From NCBI GenBank assembly GCA_000307935.1, contig AMWX01000001.1, positions 329,899 to 393,898 on the forward strand: a stretch of 64,000 nucleotides of DNA, written 5' to 3'. The notes below the pieces were generated by a model, which saw only the letters and a list, made by a program, of their open reading frames with translations, ran no database searches and had not been told where the DNA came from. Source of the DNA: SAR86 cluster bacterium SAR86E (GTDB lineage Bacteria; Pseudomonadota; Gammaproteobacteria; Magnimaribacterales; D2472). This document shows, piece by piece, positions 40,986-50,533 of this stretch. The first letter of the stretch is position 1. Each line of letters starts with the position of its first letter. The translations under genes were made by a program, and so were the position numbers.

Positions 40986-42018
40986 AATGATTTTCCTTAT
41001 AAGTAAATTCTACATCAACTTCATTGGGGTGATCGAGCAAATCTTGGATTAATTCGTCTGATGAGAAATCAGAGTACAAAATTTTGTACAACGAACTTAC
41101 CAGCGGCATGCTAACATTCATCTTAATTGCTTCATGATAAACCACTTCAAGTGTTCTTGCGCCTTCAGCAACTTGTCCAACTTGATCTTTTGCATCCAAT
41201 AAAGAAATATCCTTCGCAATGAGTTCACCTAACTGAAAATTCCTTGATAGTCTTGATGTACATGTTGCCATTAAATCGCCCATACCTGCTAAACCTAAAA
41301 AGGTAATTGGGTTTGCACCCTTGGCTACAGCAAATCTACTCATCTCTGCCATACTTCTAGTAACAATAAATCCCAAGGCATTTTCTCCTACTGATTTAGC
41401 ATGAGCAATACCACAACAAATGGCATAAATATTTTTTAAAGCTCCAGCCAACTCAACTCCTTGAATATCTTGGCTCGAGAAAACTTTAAATGTATCAGAA
41501 GACAATATGGATTTTATATCCACATTAATAGCTTCATTTTTTGATGCAATAACGGTACCAGCTATTTTCTCATCAGCAATTTCTTTAGCTAAATTAGGAC
41601 CGCTCAGAACACCTATCTTGTTGTTGATAATATGCCCCAAGTGTTGGTGAATAATGTCCGTCATTGTTCTAAATGGCTCAGCTTTAATTCCTTTTGTGCA
41701 AGAAATTACAGCTGACGCAGAACTTATCAATGGCTCTAACCTTGTTATAACCTCCTCAAATATAATACTTGGAGTTGCAACTAATACATATCTGGCATCC
41801 ATGACAACAGAGCCAAGATCCTCAGAAGCAGTAATGTTATCGGATAACTTTAATTCAGGGTGATAAGTTGTATTTGCGCCTTCAGAATTAATTCTTAACG
41901 CTTGATCTGCGTCACGAACCCACAATTTTACTTCAAAACCATTGGAGGCTGCTAAATTGGCAAGAACAGTACCAAAGCTGCCACCACCAAGAACTGCAAC
42001 CTTTTTATTATCTGACAT
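40978..42018 (-). CDS. gpsA: NAD(P)H glycerol-3-phosphate dehydrogenase
   Basis: GGGSFGT, SGPNLA, GALKN, GLAGMGDL and SRN motifs. Confidence 0.95.
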   Translation of the reverse strand: MSDNKKVAVLGGGSFGTVLANLAASNGFEVKLWVRDADQALRINSEGANTTYHPELKLSDNITASEDLGSVVMDARYVLVATPSIIFEEVITRLEPLISSASAVISCTKGIKAEPFRTMTDIIHQHLGHIINNKIGVLSGPNLAKEIADEKIAGTVIASKNEAINVDIKSILSSDTFKVFSSQDIQGVELAGALKNIYAICCGIAHAKSVGENALGFIVTRSMAEMSRFAVAKGANPITFLGLAGMGDLMATCTSRLSRNFQLGELIAKDISLLDAKDQVGQVAEGARTLEVVYHEAIKMNVSMPLVSSLYKILYSDFSSDELIQDLLDHPNEVDVEFTYKENHYE

Positions 42019-43845
42019 TTATCCTAAATATTTATCTAGCTGTCTTAGATATTTAGCAGGATCTTTTGGTGAGCCACCCTCAGCAATTACAGCATAGTCA
42101 AACAAGAACTGAGAAAAATTAGTAAATTCTTTACCTGACATTGAGCTTAACTTTTTAATAAGTTTATGCTTTAAATTAACTTCGAACACAGGTTTTGATT
42201 CTTCAAATGTTTGACCAGAAGCTTCCAATATTCTTTTTAGCTGCGCACCAGGTTCATCTTTTGATAAGACCAAACAAGCAGCAGAATCAACCAATCGAGA
42301 GCTTGGGATAACATCTGACACTCTTGAATCTAATGATTTTTTCATCTTATCAATAACTTCCTGTTTTTCCTTGGTAACTCTTGGTTTTTTTGCGCTTTCG
42401 TCCAATTCTTCTTTGGCAATATTAATCAAGGATTTGCCTTTGTATTGCATCAGAGTAGTCATTAGCCACTCGTCAATCCTATCAGTTAAAATTAAAACTT
42501 CGGTATCGTTTGCTTTTAAGTGTTCAATATGAGGTGAATTTGCAGCAGCCTCATACGTATCAGCTATGGAGTAATAAATTTTTTCATCATCTGCATTCAT
42601 GCGCTCAATGTATTGATCAAGTGTCGTTTCAACATTGCTTCCATCATTTGCAGTACTTGCAAATAAGAATAATTCAGCAATTGATTCAGCATTTTCATAA
42701 TCTTCTGCTGGACCCTCTTTAATAACCAGACCAAATTCTTTCCAGAATGTCTGATAATCCTCGGGCTGATCTTTTTGCATTTTCTTCAAGGTATCAAGCA
42801 CTCTCTTCGTTAAGCCTTTCTTTATCGAATCTACAAGGGGATGATCTTGCAATATTTCTCTTGAAACATTTAGAGGAAGATCGCTGGAATCAACCACGCC
42901 TTTAATAAAACGGAGATATAAAGGAAGGAAATGGGCAGCATCATCCATGATAAATACTCTCTGAATGAAGAGTTTAATGCCCCGCGGTGTATCTCTGTTC
43001 CAAAGATCATAGGGAGATTTTTCAGGAATAAAAAGCAAGCTTGAATATTCTTGCTTGCCTTCAACTTTGTTGTGAATCCACTTTAATGGATCATTTGAAT
43101 CATAAGAAATAAACTTGTAGAACTCTTTATATTCATCATCTTTTACAGATCTCTTTGATTTTAACCATATTGCCTCAGAGTCATTTATTGTCTCAGACTC
43201 ACCTTCTTCAGGATTTAATATAAGAGGAAAGTTGATGTACTGTGAATATTTTTGGAGTAGAAATTTAACACGCATTAATTCCGAAAATTCCTTATTGTCT
43301 TCGTTAAGATGAATCGTTATTTTTGTTCCCCTATCTTCTTTTGGAATATTCGATAGTTGATAAGTGTCTTCACCGGAACTTTCCCACATGACAGCATCTT
43401 CAGCTTTAGCTAGAGCAGATCTAGAGTGGACGGATACTTTCTCAGCAACCATAAATACAGAGTAAAAACCAACTCCAAATTGACCAATAAGATTGGAATC
43501 TTTTTTCTTATCCCCAGTCATCTCAGACAAGAACTGTGCTGTACCAGATTTAGCAATCGTGCCAATATTCTCAATAATTTCCTCTTCCGTCATACCAATT
43601 CCATTGTCTGAAATCGTAACAGTATTATTTTGTGAGTTCAGGTTAATATTTATCTTTAACTCAGCATCACCTTCTAGTAACTTATTATCTTCAATTGCAT
43701 TGAATCGCAACTTATCAAGAGCATCTGATGAATTGGAAACAAGTTCCCTAAGAAATATTTCCTTGTTTGAATACAAGGAATGAATCATTAACTGTAAAAG
43801 TTGTTTGGTTTCAGTTTGAAAAGATTTTGTTTTAGATCTGGCCAT
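42019..43845 (-). CDS. htpG: Hsp90 chaperone
   Basis: YSNKEIFLRELVSN, IGQFGVGFYS and LPLNVSRE motifs. Confidence 0.97.
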   Translation of the reverse strand: MARSKTKSFQTETKQLLQLMIHSLYSNKEIFLRELVSNSSDALDKLRFNAIEDNKLLEGDAELKININLNSQNNTVTISDNGIGMTEEEIIENIGTIAKSGTAQFLSEMTGDKKKDSNLIGQFGVGFYSVFMVAEKVSVHSRSALAKAEDAVMWESSGEDTYQLSNIPKEDRGTKITIHLNEDNKEFSELMRVKFLLQKYSQYINFPLILNPEEGESETINDSEAIWLKSKRSVKDDEYKEFYKFISYDSNDPLKWIHNKVEGKQEYSSLLFIPEKSPYDLWNRDTPRGIKLFIQRVFIMDDAAHFLPLYLRFIKGVVDSSDLPLNVSREILQDHPLVDSIKKGLTKRVLDTLKKMQKDQPEDYQTFWKEFGLVIKEGPAEDYENAESIAELFLFASTANDGSNVETTLDQYIERMNADDEKIYYSIADTYEAAANSPHIEHLKANDTEVLILTDRIDEWLMTTLMQYKGKSLINIAKEELDESAKKPRVTKEKQEVIDKMKKSLDSRVSDVIPSSRLVDSAACLVLSKDEPGAQLKRILEASGQTFEESKPVFEVNLKHKLIKKLSSMSGKEFTNFSQFLFDYAVIAEGGSPKDPAKYLRQLDKYLG

Positions 43846-43869
43846 AGTTATTTAATCCCCTTGAAATCA

Positions 43870-43897
43870 ATATGGTGTTGAAATTTTTAAGTTCAAG
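43870..43897 (-). promoter_or_regulatory. Sigma32 promoter of htpG
   Basis: CTTGAA-N14-CACCATAT on the minus strand. Confidence 0.7.
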
Positions 43898-43905
43898 CAT
43901 TACTT

Positions 43906-44046
43906 TTATTTTTTTTTAAAGTCAGTTTTGCATTTTATACTGCAAAATTTAACCTCATCCCAAGATCGCTCCCACTTTTTTCTCCATGCGAATGACCGAT
44001 TGCATTGAATGCAAACTTTGGTTTGCAAATGTAACTTTTTATGCAA
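43906..44046 (-). CDS. DUF2256 family small Cys-rich protein (46 aa; absent from the ORF track)
   Basis: TTG start; MHKKLHLQTKVCIQCNRSFAWRKKWERSWDEVKFCSIKCKTDFKKK. Confidence 0.88.
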   Translation of the reverse strand: MHKKLHLQTKVCIQCNRSFAWRKKWERSWDEVKFCSIKCKTDFKKK

Positions 44047-44051
44047 AGCAG

Positions 44052-44450
44052 CTAATTGATTGTAATAAAAAACTGAATGAAACCAAGAGCTAGGATAACT
44101 ACGGTGCAGTAAACACTAAACCCATGAAGAAAGGAAAACGTTCTATCCCAGCCTCTATCTCTAGACGCATTTGTTAATGGAATGGCAATTAATCCTGCTA
44201 GCGCATGTAAGGATAAATTTAACCCTAGCCACCAACTCAATACTAGATCTTGAAAATAAAGAATACCAACAGGGGGCAACGACAATAAGAAGATCAATAA
44301 ATAGTAACGTGGAAATATTGTACGCAGAAATTCTGAGGAAGCGTTTTCATCTAAGGTCTTAAATATCACTGGAGTTGTCAAGATAAGATGAGTAAAAATG
44401 ATGCCTACAATCAGAAGGTTGATAATTATAATTACTATTTCGCTGCTCAT
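44052..44450 (-). CDS. DUF4149-like membrane protein
   Basis: PVIFKTL...FLRTIFPRYY and FSFLH..SV; start moved to ATG 44450 because the track start lies inside tRNA-Asp. Confidence 0.75.
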   Translation of the reverse strand: MSSEIVIIIINLLIVGIIFTHLILTTPVIFKTLDENASSEFLRTIFPRYYLLIFLLSLPPVGILYFQDLVLSWWLGLNLSLHALAGLIAIPLTNASRDRGWDRTFSFLHGFSVYCTVVILALGFIQFFITIN

Positions 44451-44462
44451 ATCTAATATAAA

Positions 44463-44540
44463 TGGCGATCCGGACGAGACTCGAACTCGCAACCTCCGCC
44501 GTGACAGGGCGGCGTTCTAACCAGATTGAACTACCGGACC
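44463..44540 (-). tRNA. tRNA-Asp(GTC)
   Basis: Cloverleaf, anticodon loop CTGTCAC, encoded CCA. Confidence 0.96.
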
Positions 44541-44730
44541 GCGAACGCTTGTGAATGATAGCTTTTTTTAATATTTCTGCAACTTATTTTATGTACCTTT
44601 TTGTTGAAATTTTGTCAAATAATTTTTATTTATTTACTATCAAAAAATTTACGCAGAAGTTGAATTTTTGATATGCTAACTGGACTGTCCATGGGGGAGA
44701 GTATTTTTATTAATAAAAAAGGAGTATCAA

Positions 44731-45471
44731 ATGAAATTACTTATGCTTTTAGCTGGTGTAATGGCTGTTCCTACTTTTGCTGCTGGAGACCTTGATCCTA
44801 ATGATTATGTTGGGGTTTCTTTCTGGCTTGTTACTGCAGCTTTGCTTGCAGCAACAGTTTTCTTCTTTCTTGAAAGAGATAACGTAAGCGCAAAATGGAG
44901 AACTTCGTTAACTGTATCAGGTTTGGTTACTGGTATCGCACTTTGGCACTATCTATATATGAGAGGTGTTTGGGTAGATACTGGAACGTCTCCAACCGTA
45001 TTTAGATACATTGACTGGTTGTTAACTGTTCCATTGTTAATTGTAGAGTTCTATTTAATTCTTAGAGCCGTAACAGATGTTGCTGCTTCATTGTTCTACA
45101 AATTATTTTTAGGATCATTGGTAATGTTAGTCTTTGGCTACATGGGTGAAGCGGGAATAATGGCCGCTATGCCTGCATTTATTATTGGGTGTCTTGCTTG
45201 GTTCTACATGATCCATACCTTATGGGCTGGTGAAGGCGCACAAGCAAAAAATGCATCTGGTAATGCTGCTGTCCAAACTGCATATAACACCATGATGTGG
45301 ATTATTATTGTTGGTTGGGCTGTTTATCCTGTTGGTTATTTCATGGGATATTTAGCAGGTGGAGTAGATGAAGGAGCTTTAAACCTAATCTATAACTTAG
45401 CTGACTTTATTAACAAAATCCTATTCGGTATTGTTATTTGGTCTGCTGCTGTTAGCGACTCAAATAAATAA
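44731..45471 (+). CDS. Proteorhodopsin, green-absorbing proton pump
   Basis: RYIDWLLTVPLLIVEF (D97, L105, E108 equivalents), His75 equivalent in LWHY, retinal Lys in DFINK; AGGAG RBS. Confidence 0.97.
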   Translation: MKLLMLLAGVMAVPTFAAGDLDPNDYVGVSFWLVTAALLAATVFFFLERDNVSAKWRTSLTVSGLVTGIALWHYLYMRGVWVDTGTSPTVFRYIDWLLTVPLLIVEFYLILRAVTDVAASLFYKLFLGSLVMLVFGYMGEAGIMAAMPAFIIGCLAWFYMIHTLWAGEGAQAKNASGNAAVQTAYNTMMWIIIVGWAVYPVGYFMGYLAGGVDEGALNLIYNLADFINKILFGIVIWSAAVSDSNK

Positions 45472-45487
45472 TCTTTCTAAAAGATAC

Positions 45488-45519
45488 AAAAAGCCCGGAA
45501 TTTTCCGGGCTTTTTTTTT
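45488..45519. terminator. Bidirectional terminator between proteorhodopsin and tRNA-Val
   Basis: A run-GCCCGGAA-TT-TTCCGGGC-T run. Confidence 0.9.
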
Positions 45520-45526
45520 GGATATT

Positions 45527-45602
45527 TGGTGGGTGATGACAGGCTCGAACTGCCGACCCTCTCGGTGTAAACGAGATGCTCTCCCAACTGAGCTAATCAC
45601 CC
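45527..45602 (-). tRNA. tRNA-Val(TAC)
   Basis: Cloverleaf, anticodon loop TTTACAC, encoded CCA. Confidence 0.96.
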
Positions 45603-45706
45603 ATAACTGAAGAAGATATCTTCTTAATTAAGGATTGAATTATATAGGGCATTTTAGCCTTATCCAACTTTTATTTTGTTGAAGGTAATACGATTGCAAA
45701 ATAGAT

Positions 45707-46582
45707 TTAAGGCATCTCTATTTCTTGATTAACAATATGTTTAAGTAATGGACTTTGAGCAGATTTATTAAATGCTTGATCAATCATTTCAGCTCGCTGT
45801 TTTGCAAGTGAGTAATAATTAGGATGTGTAAAAATATAAAACTCTCCGTCATGAAGAGCCTCAACAACCCTTTTACCTACAATCGACACCTCAATACCTT
45901 TCTCCACCTTTTCTTTGGCAAGGTCTGTTAGAAGGCTTGTTTCTGCTGGGTTGGAATTTTTAGATTGGTATTTTTTTTGCCGATTTCTTCCTGACTCATG
46001 AATCCTGGTTTGAACGAATGCAGGACATAAAACAGAGACATGGATGCCGCTAGGCTCAAGCTCACCTGCCCAACTTTCAGACAAAGCCACGACGGCAGCT
46101 TTTGTCGCAGTATATGCTCCCAAATAGGGAATTCCTCCCATACCTGCCATGGAGGCAACATTCACAATCCACCCTCCTTCACCATGAGACTTTATATATG
46201 GGGTCATGACTTTGGCTCCAAACACCACTCCCATTAAATTTACATCTAAGGCCCATTGCCATCCTTGTTGATCTTGGTTTTCAATTGGTCCAGTATCACC
46301 ACCAATTCCAGCATTATTTACAATCATATGAATTTTTCCAAACATATTGATTGCTTGATTTGCCACTTCATGCCATTGCTCTTCTTGGGAAACGTCTAAC
46401 GCGACCGTGAGAACAGGGATACCTGCTGCCGCTAAATCATTTCCTGCTTTTTCAAGATTAGTCTGATCAATATCAGCTAACACAATATTCATTTTCTCAG
46501 CTCCTAGAGCTTGAGCAATAGAAAGACCAATGCCCTCAGCTCCTCCGCTGATAATCGCTGTTTTTCCGGTAAATTCTGACAT
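45707..46582 (-). CDS. Short-chain dehydrogenase/reductase
   Basis: SGGAEGIG, NNAG and YTATK motifs. Confidence 0.92.
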   Translation of the reverse strand: MSEFTGKTAIISGGAEGIGLSIAQALGAEKMNIVLADIDQTNLEKAGNDLAAAGIPVLTVALDVSQEEQWHEVANQAINMFGKIHMIVNNAGIGGDTGPIENQDQQGWQWALDVNLMGVVFGAKVMTPYIKSHGEGGWIVNVASMAGMGGIPYLGAYTATKAAVVALSESWAGELEPSGIHVSVLCPAFVQTRIHESGRNRQKKYQSKNSNPAETSLLTDLAKEKVEKGIEVSIVGKRVVEALHDGEFYIFTHPNYYSLAKQRAEMIDQAFNKSAQSPLLKHIVNQEIEMP

Positions 46583-46617
46583 GTGAGTTGACTCCTGATA
46601 CTGATAGATTTTTTTTA

Positions 46618-47031
46618 CTACGAAAGCAATGAGTTGAGTTGCTCTTCCATTTTTTTATAATCCCAAAACGCACGCAATGACTCAATTTTTTCATCCGCAT
46701 TAATGCGATAAATTACAATCATTTGAGTTTCTATTTTGATATCGCCAACAAGATTTATAATTTGAGCATAATTAGCGCATTCATTTGCACAGGGAATTGA
46801 CTCAATAATATTGAATTCAATATTACCATTTGCTATCACTGTGTCATAAAATTTTTCAATCGCCTCAATTCCAATGTGGCCCTCCCCTCCAGGATCTAAT
46901 GGACTTACTCCAATTGGATCTTGAACAACTGCATTTTGATCGAACAATGCAAGCCAGTTCTTTTTATCTTTAGCCACCGCATAATCCCTAGATAAAAATC
47001 CAAGTTCTTGCGCTTTAGTTTTGTATTTCAA
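46618..47031 (-). CDS. SnoaL / ketosteroid isomerase-like protein
   Basis: WLALF...VQDPIG...G.EAI..FYD...LRAFW pattern. Confidence 0.8.
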   Translation of the reverse strand: MKYKTKAQELGFLSRDYAVAKDKKNWLALFDQNAVVQDPIGVSPLDPGGEGHIGIEAIEKFYDTVIANGNIEFNIIESIPCANECANYAQIINLVGDIKIETQMIVIYRINADEKIESLRAFWDYKKMEEQLNSLLS

Positions 47032-47923
47032 CTGTCCTCTCCTTTTGTGAACTTATTTCCAGTCTAGCAAAATATATCCCAATTAATGCAATCATCACAA
47101 AACCTAATTGTGTGAAATTTAGAAACTCATAAAAGACCAGAGCTCCAAATATAGTTGCAATGATTGGCTGCATCAAGAGTCCAATCGATCCAAAGGAAGC
47201 CGTTAATTTAGGCAAGCTAAAAGTTATAAAGAACTGCCCTCCTAACTGACATAAGATTGCCATAATTAATAAGTTATAAAATTGATCAAGCGAAGATGGA
47301 AGAAAATCTCTAGACTCAAATAATGCAAAGATTAGTGAAAACAATGCAGTAAAAAATGTTGTATAAAAAATAATGTTAATTGAGCTTTCTGTGCCTAGTC
47401 GTGAAATTATTAATAAGTATGTTGCATATAAAAGTGCTGCAGCAAGAGCAAGCAGATCTCCAAATAAGCCACTTTCAGTAATGGAGTTTGAGAAATAGAC
47501 TAAACCGATGACTCCTACATAGGTCAAAGCAAATGAAATAATAAACTGCCTTGAGATGGGCTCTTTAAAAATAAGGACGCCTATCAAAACCATATAAATT
47601 GGTGCTGTATTAACCATAATTGTTGAATTAGCAACTGAGGTAAATTGAAGACTCCAATGCCAAGCACTCATATCACAGGCAAAGGCAAATGCTGCTATAA
47701 ATGAAAGCATAAGATTTTTTTTATTTTTAAGTCTAAAAGCGTTAGATCGATTAAAGTAGAGATTGATTGCAGCTAAAAAGGGTAAGGCTAAAAACATTCT
47801 ATAAAATAAAGTCCAAGATGGAGAAAGCTCGCTCCACCTGACAAACAATGGAGCCAATCCAATTAATCCAGCTCCCAGCATCAAGATAAAAAAATTTTTA
47901 ACTGACTTTAATTGTGATGGCAT
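47015..47923 (-). CDS. DMT/EamA family transporter
   Basis: About ten TMs, TSVANS, GDLLAL and LMQP motifs. Confidence 0.87.
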   Translation of the reverse strand: MPSQLKSVKNFFILMLGAGLIGLAPLFVRWSELSPSWTLFYRMFLALPFLAAINLYFNRSNAFRLKNKKNLMLSFIAAFAFACDMSAWHWSLQFTSVANSTIMVNTAPIYMVLIGVLIFKEPISRQFIISFALTYVGVIGLVYFSNSITESGLFGDLLALAAALLYATYLLIISRLGTESSINIIFYTTFFTALFSLIFALFESRDFLPSSLDQFYNLLIMAILCQLGGQFFITFSLPKLTASFGSIGLLMQPIIATIFGALVFYEFLNFTQLGFVMIALIGIYFARLEISSQKERTVEIQN

Positions 47924-47940
47924 CAATATATACTGCTTTT

Positions 47941-49302
47941 ATGTGTGCAGACATTGTAGATCAAGGCGAAGAAATTATCTCTGTTGGGGAGCTTAATCAG
48001 CAAGCTAAAAAACTTCTAGAAAATAATTTTAGGGGTATATCTGTGCTCGGCGAAATTTCTAATATTGCGCGACCATCATCTGGGCATATTTATTTTACGT
48101 TAAAAGATGAAGATGGAGCAGTGCGCTGTGCAATGTTTAGAAATGCAAATTCTAGATTGAACTTTCAACCACACAATGGGGATCAATGCATTTTAAGGGG
48201 ACAGGTGAGCTTATATGCACCTCGCGGTGATTATCAGTTGATAGTTAGCACAATGCAGCCTGCTGGTGCTGGAAATCTAATGCAGCAGTTTGAAGAATTA
48301 AAGAAAAAACTTGACGCTGAGGGCTTGTTTGCTCAAGAAATAAAAAAATCTATCCCAGAACAACCCAAACATATTGGCGTAATTACCTCTGAATCAACAG
48401 CAGCTTTGCAAGATATACTTTCAACCATTGAGAGGAGAGCTCCGGTTAGCCAAGTAAGTTTAATTCCAGCAACTGTTCAGGGTGATTCAGCTCCAAGAAC
48501 AATTATCTCCGCATTACAATCAGTGCTGAATTACAATAATTTAAACAATGCCAATGCGTTTGATTTAATTCTTATTTGCCGCGGCGGCGGATCAATTGAG
48601 GATCTGTGGGCTTTTAATAACGAAAGTCTAGCAAGAGAAATATTTGACTTCCCTCTTCCAATAATCTCAGGTATTGGACATGAAATAGATTTTACAATAA
48701 CTGATTTTGTGGCAGATTTAAGAGCACCGACTCCAACAGCTGCAGCTGAATTGGCAACAGAATATTTTTTTAATTTGAGCGATAAACTTGATGAAACCAA
48801 GTCCTCAATGAGTTATTTAATCGAAAGAAAATTAAATGAAAAGAAGCAACAAATTTCCTATGCATCACAAAATTTAAAAAGTCCCTCTACACATTTAAAG
48901 GAGCAATCACAGTCTTTAGATAATTTTGAGATTCGCATATCTTCCTCGATTAAGCAAACATTAGGATTGGCTTTACAAAGCCTGCAAATTACAAAAAATC
49001 AATTTTTACAATCTTCTGGATTAAGACGCTTTGAAAGAAATGAAGATCTGTTAACAGCTAGACTGCAAACTTTAAAATATGGTTTTGAGAATTCTCTTAA
49101 AAAAAGAAGGTTTTATCTTGAAAATCTTGAAACCAAGATTCAAGCTGTTAGCCCAATTGCTGTTCTTGAAAGAGGATATGCAATTGTTATGGATGAAAAA
49201 GGCAAGGCTGTAAAATCATCAAAACAACTATCTGCTGGCAGTAAAATCAGCGCAAGGCTAGCCAAGGGAACTTTTGAGGCAAATGTTACTAAGTCAAATT
49301 AA
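47941..49302 (+). CDS. xseA: Exodeoxyribonuclease VII large subunit
   Basis: SGHIYFTLKD, RGGGSIEDLW, GIGHEID and APTPTAAAE motifs. Confidence 0.95.
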   Translation: MCADIVDQGEEIISVGELNQQAKKLLENNFRGISVLGEISNIARPSSGHIYFTLKDEDGAVRCAMFRNANSRLNFQPHNGDQCILRGQVSLYAPRGDYQLIVSTMQPAGAGNLMQQFEELKKKLDAEGLFAQEIKKSIPEQPKHIGVITSESTAALQDILSTIERRAPVSQVSLIPATVQGDSAPRTIISALQSVLNYNNLNNANAFDLILICRGGGSIEDLWAFNNESLAREIFDFPLPIISGIGHEIDFTITDFVADLRAPTPTAAAELATEYFFNLSDKLDETKSSMSYLIERKLNEKKQQISYASQNLKSPSTHLKEQSQSLDNFEIRISSSIKQTLGLALQSLQITKNQFLQSSGLRRFERNEDLLTARLQTLKYGFENSLKKRRFYLENLETKIQAVSPIAVLERGYAIVMDEKGKAVKSSKQLSAGSKISARLAKGTFEANVTKSN

Positions 49303-50080
49303 GTTTAATCTATGTTTTTTAGTAATGAGTTTGTTCTCTTTGTGCCTATTTTCCAATGAAAAAATAATAGGAAACAGTGGAGAAATTATATCTATACCAG
49401 CGCCAGCCTCTATTGAAAAAAACAGACTTATTTTTAAGAGCTCAAATGGTTTGAGACAATTGGTAAGCTTGCCATTCGTAAAAAAGGATCATGTCATAAA
49501 ACGCCATCATCTTGATGTAAAGGTTGCTGCAGTAAATTTTGGTGAATCTCACATTACAATATCAGATCAAAGCAAGGTAACTCTGAGTAAGTCTGATCAG
49601 CTCAGAGCAAACAACGAAGCATTATTAATTAAAAAAGCATTGAGTGTCTCCACCACTGAAATTACGCCATCTTTTAATTTTATTAAGCCAGTTCCTGGCA
49701 TTATTACCTCTCCCTTTGGTAAACAGAGATTTATTAATGGCCTTCCAAGATCAGCTCATCTTGCTCTTGATCTAGGAGGTAAATCTGGAACACTAATTGT
49801 TGCACCACTCAAGGGTCAAGTTGTTTTAATTGGTGATTTTTTCTACACAGGACATACGCTCATTCTTGATCATGGTTATGGTTTATTTTCATCATATGCT
49901 CACATGAGCGATGTTAAAGTTAAATTAGGAGATGTGGTTGAGCAATCTCATGAAATAGGCTTGGTTGGTGCAACTGGAAGAGTCACAGGCCCTCATCTCC
50001 ATTGGACAATTTATTTTGATGGAAATAAAGTGAATCCTGAATCTTTATTGAGAGAAAACTTTCTAACCTCTATCCTTTAA
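49283..50080 (+). CDS. M23 family metallopeptidase
   Basis: HLALD, YAHMS and TGRVTGPHLHW motifs; start uncertain. Confidence 0.88.
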   Translation: MLLSQIKFNLCFLVMSLFSLCLFSNEKIIGNSGEIISIPAPASIEKNRLIFKSSNGLRQLVSLPFVKKDHVIKRHHLDVKVAAVNFGESHITISDQSKVTLSKSDQLRANNEALLIKKALSVSTTEITPSFNFIKPVPGIITSPFGKQRFINGLPRSAHLALDLGGKSGTLIVAPLKGQVVLIGDFFYTGHTLILDHGYGLFSSYAHMSDVKVKLGDVVEQSHEIGLVGATGRVTGPHLHWTIYFDGNKVNPESLLRENFLTSIL

Positions 50081-50515
50081 CTGTTTGTAAACTTTGGACA
50101 GGCTTATCATATCCTGTGGTTTTAGGCTGGTAAAAACAACCTCTCCTTCAGGTGAAATAAAATAAGTCGCTGGAAGTGTTTTGGGCGTTTCTATACCCCA
50201 AATTGATTTGGGATGCGTAATCAAAGAAGGATAACTAATACCAAATTTTTTTATTTGCGGCCTCAAGTCTTCATCATCTAATCGATCAAAATTAAATGCG
50301 AAGACTTTAACTTCTGGATAAGTATCAGCAAAAGCGGCGATTTCTGGTATCTCCTTAATGCATGGTGGGCACCAATCAGCCCAATAATTAACTAAAATCC
50401 AATTACCTGAAAATTCTGATGAAAAAATTGGTCTTGCATCAAATAATTCAATGTCACCCTTTTCACATGAGAAAAGAAAAAGACACAGCAAAGGTAATGT
50501 TAATTTAAGTTTCAT
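50063..50515 (-). CDS. TlpA-family thiol-disulfide reductase lipoprotein
   Basis: NYWADWCPPC and LPATY; lipobox LFSC. Confidence 0.9.
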   Translation of the reverse strand: MKLKLTLPLLCLFLFSCEKGDIELFDARPIFSSEFSGNWILVNYWADWCPPCIKEIPEIAAFADTYPEVKVFAFNFDRLDDEDLRPQIKKFGISYPSLITHPKSIWGIETPKTLPATYFISPEGEVVFTSLKPQDMISLSKVYKQLKDRG

Positions 50516-50533
50516 GATTTATAGTATGGCAAA

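Noticed and set aside
44541..44730. att-type duplication of tRNA 3' ends flanking PR or the tRNA-Arg islet
   Set aside because: No repeat of the tRNA-Val or tRNA-Arg 3' end found by eye
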